Of a stretch of 15,497 bases of DNA, positions 1 to 7,548 are shown in pieces. The stretch is from assembly GCA_002496845.1 (NCBI GenBank), contig DALQ01000085.1, positions 1-15,497 on the forward strand, in the 5' to 3' direction. The translations under genes and the position numbers were made by a program. Position 1 is the first letter of the stretch, and every line of letters begins with the position of its first letter. Under the pieces are notes generated by a model that did no database searches, had not been told where the DNA came from, and was given only the letters and a program-made list of their open reading frames with translations. The stretch comes from Euryarchaeota archaeon UBA495. Lineage in GTDB: Archaea; Thermoplasmatota; Poseidoniia; Poseidoniales; Poseidoniaceae.

Positions 1-794
1 CCTTCGAAGCACCAGTCTTCTGGAGATTCGCCGCAGTAATCGGGAACGGTCGGGTCCTTCGCGAAGGAGATGTAATCGGTGGCATCGCCGGTGCTGTGTT
101 CAGCCAAGCAGCGGAGGGAACCGATGTACTTGTGATAGGGCGTGCCGCTGGAGGGAATGGACGAATCCTCGGAGAAGTGGTTGCGGACCGTGTCGGTCAA
201 GGAATCAATCGTGTCCGGGTCACCGACCACTTCGACGTAGCCGTTGCTGATCATGAAACCCATTGGAAGCAGCATTCCAGAACTGCCCAGGGCAGAGGTG
301 TGGCACGACACCTTGCCTTCCATCAGGGCGAAGGGGTCGGTGTCAGGGTCATCGTCAAGATCGGCCTGAGCGATGTCCGAATCCACGTGGACCCATGCGA
401 TCGCCTTGTAGAAGGGACGACCGTCTGCCTTTTGTTCGGCAGCAAGCACTTCGAGACCATGAGTCTGCCAGCTGAGCCATGCAGCTCCGCCGTCCATGAA
501 TCCGATGTCAGCGTGCCCGAACCGCAGGGCTTCGATGGCGCCTGCAGCGCTGGTCACGGGGTAAATCTCAACCTCCATGTCCAGGAGTTCGGCGAGACGA
601 TCTGCGAATTCTTGAGGGCTCTCCTCCGTGTTCTGGTACTCTTCTTTGGTCTCGAAAGCAATCGTCAAACAGTTGTCTTGGTCTTCGCAGGTGGGGAAGC
701 TGGCCGAGTTGGAAAGGCAGCCCGAAAGTCCTGCTGAAACCATGACGAGGCACATCAGGAGGGCGTGAGCGGCGGGAAATGCGGTGCGAATCAT
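1..794 (-). CDS. Transferrin-like / PhnD-superfamily binding-fold lipoprotein (3' end cut by window edge)
   Basis: Absent from the ORF track because no stop lies in the window. Hand translation of the minus strand from ATG 794-792 stays open to nt 3 (264 codons). It begins MIRTAFPAAHALLMCLVMVSAGLSGC (signal peptide plus lipobox Cys). Later blocks are LRFGHADIGFMDGGAAW, FYKAIAWVHVDS, GKVSCHTSALGSSGMLLPMGF and GSLRCLAEHSTGDATDYISFAKD. These parallel the transferrin-lobe blocks YYAVAVV, SCHTGLGRSAGWNIPIG and CL..GAGDVAFVK as I remember them. Third codon positions are C/G-biased as in neighbouring genes. Confidence 0.75.
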   Translation of the reverse strand, partial: MIRTAFPAAHALLMCLVMVSAGLSGCLSNSASFPTCEDQDNCLTIAFETKEEYQNTEESPQEFADRLAELLDMEVEIYPVTSAAGAIEALRFGHADIGFMDGGAAWLSWQTHGLEVLAAEQKADGRPFYKAIAWVHVDSDIAQADLDDDPDTDPFALMEGKVSCHTSALGSSGMLLPMGFMISNGYVEVVGDPDTIDSLTDTVRNHFSEDSSIPSSGTPYHKYIGSLRCLAEHSTGDATDYISFAKDPTVPDYCGESPEDWCFE

Positions 795-815
795 GGCCCC
801 CCCACACAAGACCTC

Positions 816-821
816 TTTTTA
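816..821 (-). promoter_or_regulatory. TATA-like box (TAAAAA on minus strand) for the transferrin-like gene
   Basis: AT-rich hexamer centred about 24 nt upstream of ATG 794. No Shine-Dalgarno lies between them, which fits a leaderless archaeal-type promoter. Confidence 0.4.
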
Positions 822-826
822 GGAAT

Positions 827-849
827 TCCGAAATATCCCTGTTTTCGGA
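827..849. promoter_or_regulatory. Inverted repeat TCCGAAA-N9-TTTCGGA in divergent promoter region
   Basis: Read directly: 827-833 tccgaaa and 843-849 tttcgga are exact reverse complements. It overlaps the 8-bp palindrome GGAATTCC at 822-829. Confidence 0.4.
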
Positions 850-853
850 CATC

Positions 854-871
854 CTTAACCAAGTGGCTAAG
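854..871. promoter_or_regulatory. 18-bp imperfect dyad CTTAaCCAagTGGcTAAG, candidate metalloregulator operator
   Basis: 14 of 18 positions are self-complementary. It lies between the two divergent TATA-like boxes of an iron-related gene pair. Confidence 0.35.
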
Positions 872-904
872 AGGGGTTTTGCTATTTTTAGGGCAAACGA
901 AACA

Positions 905-910
905 TTATAT
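905..910 (+). promoter_or_regulatory. TATA box (TTATAT) with purine-rich BRE-like tract (aaacgaaac) for the 934 gene
   Basis: Centred about 27 nt upstream of ATG 934 with no SD motif, implying a leaderless transcript. Confidence 0.5.
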
Positions 911-933
911 TCAGGTGCTGATTCGGCCCGACC

Positions 934-2199
934 ATGACGAAGACACTTCGTGCACTTGCCCTGACCCTGACTTTGCTCCTGGCTTCCCTTGCGGGTTGCG
1001 TTGCAGAAGAAGAAGAAACGACCGAAACTCCTGCCGAGGAAACCAAGCCTGCGTTCTTGGACACCGCTGACGCAGGGTACACCTACGCCTCGAACGTGGA
1101 CAACCACCGTTCGCTGATGCTGGACCTCTGCGACATCAAGACCGCAGCCAGCGAAAGCGACTGGGACACGGCCACCATGATTTACATGAACGGCAAGAAC
1201 GCTCAGAAGGACGACGGTTCCTTCCGCACGCTCGCTGGATTCGCAGCCGCCTCCGGCAAGAACCACAACTACGACGCATACCACGGCATGGACGGCGCCA
1301 TCGGCGCCCACATCATGAGCGCGCTCAACGGTGACGGCGACTTCGCCGGCACCTCGGACACCGTCCGCTACCAAGGCATCGCCAAGCTGACCGTCAACAT
1401 GGGCATGGTCGGCTACACGATCCACGAGATCAACTCCGCTGTTGCCAAGGCTGACGCCGGCAACATCGACGACGACACCGGTGCACCTCACAACTGGGAC
1501 GAAGGCTGGGCCTTCTTCCACGGACCGGATGAGCACTACGACTGCTCTCCTGCCAAGGTCATGGAGAAGCGCGCCAGCGACTTCGGCACGGCTGACGCTG
1601 ACGGCGTTGCGGCCACCTTCAAGGCCACCGAGCAAGCCATGGTCGACGGACTCGCCGCCCTCCAAGCTGGCGACGAAGCTGGCTACGACGCTGCCGCCGA
1701 GACCGTGGTGAAGAACATCATCATCACCTACTCCCAAGCGACGCTGAAGTACACCTCCAAGATGGACAACGCCGATTCCGGCGCCAAGTACCAGGCTGAG
1801 GGCTACGCCTTCTGGAAGGCCATCGAGGCCTACGCGGCCCCCTACACCGACGGCTGCTACAACATGGCCGTTCACAAGGTCTTCATGATGGGCGACATCG
1901 ATGCAGCCGCTTGTGACGCCTTCATCTGGACCAACGGATCCATGGACAGCACCGGCACCAACGACACCTGCTACAACACCGTGACCCACCAAGTGTCCAC
2001 GGACGTCAGCAACGAGACCGAGTGCGACGGCTACGCGGCCATGTACTTCCAGGACATGTACGGCGCCCAGAAGATCAACGAGATCCTCAACTTGCAGGAC
2101 GCGACCCAACTCGGCACGTCCTACGACGTTGCGCCTCACCTCGCACACGTCTGGGCCCACTACGGCATCACGGCCGCCGACATCGGCGCCATGAGCTGA
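934..2199 (+). CDS. Acidic, Cys-containing secreted lipoprotein of uncertain function, possibly DUF4856/FEA1-like and iron-associated
   Basis: 421-aa ORF. The N-terminus MTKTLRALALTLTLLLASLAGC is a signal peptide plus lipobox, followed by an acidic linker EEEETTETPAEE. The block HNWDEGWAFFHG resembles the hWDEafGYf block I associate from memory with DUF4856/imelysin-neighbour lipoproteins. There are six non-lipobox Cys and three N-x-S/T sequons. Third positions are strongly C/G-biased. The 609-aa antisense ORF is V/G/R-rich. Confidence 0.85.
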   Translation: MTKTLRALALTLTLLLASLAGCVAEEEETTETPAEETKPAFLDTADAGYTYASNVDNHRSLMLDLCDIKTAASESDWDTATMIYMNGKNAQKDDGSFRTLAGFAAASGKNHNYDAYHGMDGAIGAHIMSALNGDGDFAGTSDTVRYQGIAKLTVNMGMVGYTIHEINSAVAKADAGNIDDDTGAPHNWDEGWAFFHGPDEHYDCSPAKVMEKRASDFGTADADGVAATFKATEQAMVDGLAALQAGDEAGYDAAAETVVKNIIITYSQATLKYTSKMDNADSGAKYQAEGYAFWKAIEAYAAPYTDGCYNMAVHKVFMMGDIDAAACDAFIWTNGSMDSTGTNDTCYNTVTHQVSTDVSNETECDGYAAMYFQDMYGAQKINEILNLQDATQLGTSYDVAPHLAHVWAHYGITAADIGAMS

Positions 2200-2251
2200 G
2201 GCTGGCAAAGCGTCACAACGCATACGCGTCCCAAAACGGAGGCCATGAGCA

Positions 2252-4582
2252 ATGGAGCGTCGCGCCATGCGCGCGCTCCTGCTCATGGTCGTCCTTTTGG
2301 GATCGCTGCTCAGCACAACAGTCGCAGCAAACGACTCCACAGAGACCTTCACCATCACCGGTGACGCACTGTTGGAAAACGGCCAGCCTGCTGGCACGTC
2401 TTACGTGCGGCTTGACGACCAAGGGTCTGTGTCGACCAACAACGGCGCGTACGTCATTGAAGGCGTGACGCCTGGGAGACACACCCTCCGCACCTACTTC
2501 ATGAACGACGGCCACGTTGCCGTTTACCGTGAAATCATGGTGACGGGCGACATGACCGTGGACTTCATGATCGGTCAAAACGTGGTGACAGCTTCGTTGA
2601 GCAACGCAGACAGCAACGCCGCGAATGCAACCCTCCGGACGCCCAGTACGCCATGGAGTGCGGCAAACGGGTGGGCTGAATTTGGCCCTTACCCACACGA
2701 CACAATGGTTGAAATTCACGCCCAATTCGATGACGGCACGCAAGCATCGCATGCAATTTTGATGGATGGCGGCAAAATAGGCGAGCCTTGGCGAAACCAC
2801 ATCCCCATCTCGGAGGGATCTACCGGAGTCTACGGCTACGTCCATGATCAGCTTGGCGGCCCTGTTCCCAACATCGACGTGGTTTCAGGAAATCACTCGT
2901 CACGCACGGATGCCACCGGCTTCTACACGATGCAGGGGCTAGAAATCAACGTCAGCCACACGTTTGCATACACCCAGCAGGGGCTCGAGGTGGCATCGAA
3001 CAACAGCGCTGTTTTCCACGGGGATTCAGGATGGATGAACATCAGCCTCGAACGAACCCTGACGCTGCCTGGGAATGTGTCCTTCACGACCGTACCTGCA
3101 ATTGTGCCAATGGAACCCTTCAGGGTCGAGTGGACGCAGGCGCCTCATGCCACGCGCTACGTGCTCACCCTCGGCGACGTCCCAATGTACGACGGCCCCT
3201 CAACTGGGTTCACCTTCACGCCTCAAACCGATGGAGAACACCGCTTTGGCCTACAAGCCGTCAACCCAAACGGGTCGACCTCGGCCTATCAGGATCTTTT
3301 GATGGTGGTCTTGCCTGAGCAAGATGAAAACGGATATTGGACCGCGGGCATGAGCTGGACCTATGACCAGACCTACACCCCGGCCGCGCGAGATGGAGTG
3401 CTGCGGCGCACCTACACGTGCTTGGGTTCTGAAACAATCACCGACGCGTTTGGCGAGGAACGTCCAGCCTACGTGGTGAACGTTGAGGATCCGAGGTACA
3501 TGCCCGATGAACGGTCGATGCGTTGGGTCGATCAACAGTCACTGTTGACCATCAGGAGCTATTGGGCCGACGACCCCTCAAGTTCCAACCAATTCACCGA
3601 TGCCTCTTCCGGGTGGGGTTTTACCACCAGTACCGGAGCAAGCACATCCCTAATGGAAGACCCAAGTTCGTTGTGGTTCAATCGAACGACCATCATTGGT
3701 GTCCCAGGGCATCCAAACGGATACACGGACACAAACAGCAGCGTGCTGGTTGAACACAACGTCAGCGTGACCACGCCTGCTGGCACATTCATCACCACCA
3801 AGTACACCATCACCGACCTCAACGACGGCGTCGTGTCATGGGAATTGTACTACAACGCGACCGTGCGAAACCATGTCAAAGTGGTCGATCGACTACCCGG
3901 CACCCACTCGGAAATGGTCGAAAGGGTTCTGGTCAGCTACGATGTACCGACGGAGCCTGTGTTCATCACAGAGTCTGGCCAGATTATGACCAAGGAAACG
4001 ACCGTTCAGTGGGGGGCCTTCCCCGGAGCGACGGAGTACGTACTGCTCCAAAACGGCGTCGAGGTCTACACTGGAAACGCCACAAACGCGACGGTCACAG
4101 ACCTCAATGATGGAAATTACGCGTTCCACCTGCGCGCAATCATGGACGATGGGCGCCAGTTGGACGCCGAAGAATTGGTGCTGGAGGTGGCCTATGAAAG
4201 CCTACCACCAACCCTCGCAAATTCCACGGGCACCGCCACGCGAGGCGATACGGTTGATCTCGCATGGACGCATGAACGCGGTGTCGAATACATGCTCTTG
4301 CATGAAAAGCCCAGTGGGGCATCGGAGACCACAAGCGACCTCGTGGACCTCACATGGTCTGTGGAGGTCAATGAGAACGGGCGACACCGGTTCCGGGTCA
4401 AGGCCATCGAGGCAGACGGCACCACCTCAGACTGGTCAGACTCTGTTGTCGTGCTGGTCGAGGAAGGCGAAGGGGCTTCAAGCCGCAGCATTGGGGAAAA
4501 CAACCCATGGCTGTTGGCAGCATGCGTGCTTGTCTTCGTGGCCATTGGTCTGCAACTTCTTCTCAGGGGGCGACCTGATTGA
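2252..4582 (+). CDS. Secreted, C-terminally membrane-anchored multidomain surface glycoprotein (2 CarboxypepD_reg-like, 3 FN3-like modules, unassigned central domain)
   Basis: 776-aa ORF with GGAGG at 2238-2242, 9 nt upstream. Signal peptide is MERRAMRALLLMVVLLGSLLSTTVAA. Two beta-sandwich-like segments are present (GAYVIEGVTPGRHTL; GYVHDQLGGPVPNIDVVSGNHSSRTDATGFYTMQGL). Three modules share W-x3-P/x-x-AT/V-x-Y-V/M-L-L: RVEWTQAPHATRYVLTL, TVQWGAFPGATEYVLLQ and DLAWTHERGVEYMLLH. The C-terminal TM is NPWLLAACVLVFVAIGLQLLLRGRPD. I counted 15 N-x-S/T sequons. Confidence 0.85.
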   Translation: MERRAMRALLLMVVLLGSLLSTTVAANDSTETFTITGDALLENGQPAGTSYVRLDDQGSVSTNNGAYVIEGVTPGRHTLRTYFMNDGHVAVYREIMVTGDMTVDFMIGQNVVTASLSNADSNAANATLRTPSTPWSAANGWAEFGPYPHDTMVEIHAQFDDGTQASHAILMDGGKIGEPWRNHIPISEGSTGVYGYVHDQLGGPVPNIDVVSGNHSSRTDATGFYTMQGLEINVSHTFAYTQQGLEVASNNSAVFHGDSGWMNISLERTLTLPGNVSFTTVPAIVPMEPFRVEWTQAPHATRYVLTLGDVPMYDGPSTGFTFTPQTDGEHRFGLQAVNPNGSTSAYQDLLMVVLPEQDENGYWTAGMSWTYDQTYTPAARDGVLRRTYTCLGSETITDAFGEERPAYVVNVEDPRYMPDERSMRWVDQQSLLTIRSYWADDPSSSNQFTDASSGWGFTTSTGASTSLMEDPSSLWFNRTTIIGVPGHPNGYTDTNSSVLVEHNVSVTTPAGTFITTKYTITDLNDGVVSWELYYNATVRNHVKVVDRLPGTHSEMVERVLVSYDVPTEPVFITESGQIMTKETTVQWGAFPGATEYVLLQNGVEVYTGNATNATVTDLNDGNYAFHLRAIMDDGRQLDAEELVLEVAYESLPPTLANSTGTATRGDTVDLAWTHERGVEYMLLHEKPSGASETTSDLVDLTWSVEVNENGRHRFRVKAIEADGTTSDWSDSVVVLVEEGEGASSRSIGENNPWLLAACVLVFVAIGLQLLLRGRPD

Positions 4583-5682
4583 GTGGACCTGAACCTCGCA
4601 AGGCATTGGCTGCGATACAAATCGTGGTGCTACTCGTCCTCGGGTACGCGATGCTCAACGTCTTCAGCGACTCCCGAAATGCAGAAGAAGACGGCACAAT
4701 CGTCATCACAGACACGACCGGCGAGGTGCACGCATTCGATGCACCACCGGATCGAATTGTGCTCTCCAATACCTTCGGAGCAACCGCGATGCGGATGCTC
4801 GATGCGGACATGAGCTCCGTGGTTGGAGTGAGCGGAGATTTTGATGACGAGGCCTTGTGGCCCGAATTGGTTGACCGACCGTGGGTCCAGTTTTCCGCTC
4901 ATTCAGAAATCGACTTCGAGGCCTTGCTCGACGTCCGACCCGACGTGTATGTGGTGTTTGCAACCAACGGCATGGTTGATACGGCAGCCATTCGAGAGCG
5001 ATTGGCCCCAATGGGAATCGACGTTGTCGCATTTGATTTCTACAAGTACGACGCGCTGCGGGAAGAATTCAAACAGCTGGCCATCATGCTCGATCGGATG
5101 GACAGTTATGAGGAGTTGATGCAGGAATTCGACGAAATCGAAGCCGACATGGCCGTGGCTCTGGAAGGTCTCGAAGATTCCGAACGGCCTGCAGTGGTGA
5201 TGGAACATCACGCTTCCTTGACCCGTGACCCAGTGGTGTTGACCGGTTCATCCCAATGGGACGACATCATTCGAATCGCAGGAGGAACAAACGTGTTCAG
5301 CGACCTACCTGGTCACACCACACACGTCGACATGGAAGCCATCCTCGATGCCGACCCCGAGGTGATGATGTTTGACGGCATTACGTTTGAGCTCGGTTTC
5401 AACATGGACGACCCGAAGGGCGGGTGCGGCGAACATTTCAACCTCATTCAGAGCCGGCCTGGCTTCGACTCCATGCAGGCCATCGAAGAGGAACGCATGC
5501 TGATTTTTTCGGGCTCCTTTGCCGGCCCAATGATGATCCACGGGCTGCCCTTCATCGCTGAGCAATTCCACCCAGAACGCTTCGATGAAGGGACTGGAGC
5601 TGCCCTGTTGGACAGCTTTTACGCCGACCATTTTGCAGTGGATCGCGACGGCACATTCCTATGCAAGATGACAGGTGAGTAA
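4579..5682 (+). CDS. ABC transporter substrate-binding protein, Peripla_BP_2 (FecB/BtuF/HemT-like) class, N-terminal TM anchor
   Basis: 367-aa ORF. The TTG start at 4579 overlaps the upstream TGA (TTGA), with CAGGGGG 8 nt upstream. The TM anchor is ALAAIQIVVLLVLGYAMLNVF. The layout is typical of iron-siderophore/heme/cobalamin binding proteins (PDRIVLSN, LDVRPDVYVVF, ILDADPEVMMF). It sits immediately upstream of the FecCD permease. Confidence 0.8.
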   Translation: MSGPEPRKALAAIQIVVLLVLGYAMLNVFSDSRNAEEDGTIVITDTTGEVHAFDAPPDRIVLSNTFGATAMRMLDADMSSVVGVSGDFDDEALWPELVDRPWVQFSAHSEIDFEALLDVRPDVYVVFATNGMVDTAAIRERLAPMGIDVVAFDFYKYDALREEFKQLAIMLDRMDSYEELMQEFDEIEADMAVALEGLEDSERPAVVMEHHASLTRDPVVLTGSSQWDDIIRIAGGTNVFSDLPGHTTHVDMEAILDADPEVMMFDGITFELGFNMDDPKGGCGEHFNLIQSRPGFDSMQAIEEERMLIFSGSFAGPMMIHGLPFIAEQFHPERFDEGTGAALLDSFYADHFAVDRDGTFLCKMTGE

Positions 5683-6724
5683 CGTGGAAGATGTGGCCGA
5701 AGCCTATCTTCACGGGCAGCGGCAACGCATGCTCTTTCTTCTGATGGCATCGGTCATGACGGCCGTTGGCGCCATCCTCGCGATGGGGTTTGGGTCATCT
5801 GAAAACCTCTCCATGCGGTCCACGCTTGGGATTCTTTTCGGATTCCAATCGGCTGAAGGGCTCCAAATGGAAATCCTGGTCAATTTGCGGCTACCACGTG
5901 TGCTCATCGCGCTGGTGGGAGGGGCCGCACTTGCGATGGCAGGCACGATGATGCAAGGGGCCCTCGGGAACCCGCTTGTTTCGCCCCTCACCTTGGGCGT
6001 CGCATCGGGTGCTGGCCTTGGGGCCGCTCTTGCCATCGTGCTTGATATCACGATTTTTGGATTGGCGGAATTTGCGATCCTTGGAAACGCATTCATCTTC
6101 GCCATGCTTGTGGTCGCCTTCATCGTCAAGCTCGGCGACATGTCAACCGTCACCAGTGAATCCTACATTTTGGTCGGCATTGCGATCACGTTCATCGCTG
6201 GAGCCATCATCCAGACCATGACATACTTCGCGACCGATGCGGAAATCTCCCAACTCACACACTGGAGTTTCGGCAGTTTGTCGCGACCTAATCTCGCGCA
6301 AGCGATCTTAATCGGTTTGACTATCCTTTCCTTCATGCCATTTGGCATGGTGGCAGCGTGGGATCTGAACACCCTCGCGGTGGGTGGCGACGATTTTGCC
6401 GCGTCGACTGGTGTCGACCCTCGGAAAACCCGCCGGTCCATCCTCATCCTTTCTGCAACCATGACGGCTGTGGTCATTGCCTTCACGGGCATCATTGGAT
6501 TCCTTGGATTGGTTGCTCCGCACATCTCACGGATTTTGGTCGGCAACGACTACCGTGTTTTGATCCCCACCTCGGCGGTCATGGGCGCAGCGGTCCTCCT
6601 CGTGGCAGACACCATCGGCCGGACCCTGTTCGCACCAATCGTACTCCCAGTTGGCATAATGCTCTCCATCTTGGGAGGACCATTTTTCCTCTACCTGTTG
6701 ATGCTTCGGAGGAAAAGCCTGTGA
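5675..6724 (+). CDS. FecCD/BtuC-family ABC transporter permease
   Basis: 349-aa polytopic ORF with hallmark blocks LRLPRVLIALVGGAALAMAGTMMQGALGNPLVSPLTLGVASGAGLGAA and GIIGFLGLVAPHISRILVGNDYRVLIP. GTG 5675 overlaps the upstream TAA. An alternative GTG at 5684 lies 5 nt after AGGTGAG, so the start is uncertain by 3 codons. Confidence 0.9.
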   Translation: MSNVEDVAEAYLHGQRQRMLFLLMASVMTAVGAILAMGFGSSENLSMRSTLGILFGFQSAEGLQMEILVNLRLPRVLIALVGGAALAMAGTMMQGALGNPLVSPLTLGVASGAGLGAALAIVLDITIFGLAEFAILGNAFIFAMLVVAFIVKLGDMSTVTSESYILVGIAITFIAGAIIQTMTYFATDAEISQLTHWSFGSLSRPNLAQAILIGLTILSFMPFGMVAAWDLNTLAVGGDDFAASTGVDPRKTRRSILILSATMTAVVIAFTGIIGFLGLVAPHISRILVGNDYRVLIPTSAVMGAAVLLVADTIGRTLFAPIVLPVGIMLSILGGPFFLYLLMLRRKSL

Positions 6725-7548
6725 CCGATATGCTCCTTCAAGCGACGAACCTGCGCTTTGCGTGGGGCGATCGTCCGGTGTTGGAAGGGGTTGACCTCGA
6801 GGTCCACAGCGGCGAAGTCGTCGCCTTGCTGGGTCGAAACGGTGCGGGTAAAACCACACTTTTGCGGATGCTAAACGGCCTGCTCACCCCGCAAGGAGGC
6901 GAAGTGCTCGTCGGCGGAGATGCCTTGGGAATGATGGGGCTTACGGAACGTGCAAAACGCACAGCTTACGTTCCACAAAGCATCACAAGCGCCTTCCCGA
7001 TGCGGGTGATTGACGTCGTCTTGTTGGGTCGCCGGCCACACGTGACGTGGCGATTGAGCGATTACGATGTCCAGGTCGCCACGGATACCCTCAAGATGCT
7101 TGGGCTCAATGAATTCGCCTTCCGCCGGTTCACGGAACTCTCCGGCGGTGAACGTCAGCAGGTGATCTTAGCAAAGGCCATGGCGCAGGAGGCTGGCGTG
7201 CTGCTGCTCGATGAACCCACAAGCGACCTCGATCTCAACAACCAAATTGGGGTGATGAAGCGTATTCGCAGCGTGGTCGATACCGATGAAAAGCGTGGAG
7301 CAGTCATCGTGATGCACGACCTGAACATCGCTGCGGGTTTTGCCAATCGTGTTGTGCTTCTCCATGAAGGAAAGGTTGAGGCCGTAGGCTCACCGCGCGA
7401 TGTGCTCACGAAAGAAAATTTGGCCAAGGTTTTCATGGTCAACTGCACGGTTGATGAGGCACCGACGGATGGCCGACTGAGGATTCACGTGCACGACGAA
7501 GTAAAACCGTCGCTGCAAAATGAAAAGATCGAGGATGATGCACAATGA
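6721..7548 (+). CDS. ABC transporter ATP-binding protein (FecE/FepC/HmuV-like)
   Basis: Walker A is GRNGAGKTT, signature LSGGERQQ, Walker B VLLLDEPTSDLD and H-loop VMHDLN. The GTG at 6721 overlaps the permease TGA (GTGA) and has GGAGGA 7 nt upstream; ATG 6730 is an alternative. The track ORF 6358-7548 only adds an in-frame extension across the permease gene. Confidence 0.9.
   Translation: MTDMLLQATNLRFAWGDRPVLEGVDLEVHSGEVVALLGRNGAGKTTLLRMLNGLLTPQGGEVLVGGDALGMMGLTERAKRTAYVPQSITSAFPMRVIDVVLLGRRPHVTWRLSDYDVQVATDTLKMLGLNEFAFRRFTELSGGERQQVILAKAMAQEAGVLLLDEPTSDLDLNNQIGVMKRIRSVVDTDEKRGAVIVMHDLNIAAGFANRVVLLHEGKVEAVGSPRDVLTKENLAKVFMVNCTVDEAPTDGRLRIHVHDEVKPSLQNEKIEDDAQ

Noticed and set aside
96-737. 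213-aa plus-strand ORF at the left edge
   Set aside because: It is a shadow of the minus-strand transferrin-like gene, which has a lipobox signal peptide, family motifs and the proper codon bias. The plus-frame product has no recognisable features.
568-2397. 609-aa minus-strand ORF, the longest ORF in this region
   Set aside because: It is antisense to the 934-2199 lipoprotein gene. The composition is V/G/R/A-rich, typical of a GC-driven shadow frame. It has no signal peptide or motifs, and it would run across the AT-rich divergent promoter and into the transferrin-like gene.
4107-4620. Alternative-frame ORFs 4107-4592 plus (161 aa) and 4192-4620 minus (142 aa)
   Set aside because: They lie within the third FN3-like module and TM anchor of the 776-aa gene. 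They have no independent start signals and an R/S/P/W-rich shadow composition.
6358-6720. N-terminal 121-aa extension of the ATPase ORF (track ORF 6358-7548)
   Set aside because: The extension lies entirely inside the FecCD permease gene in another frame and is P/H/R/G-rich. The ABC ATPase fold begins at LLQATNL just after GTG 6721/ATG 6730, which has a GGAGGA site.
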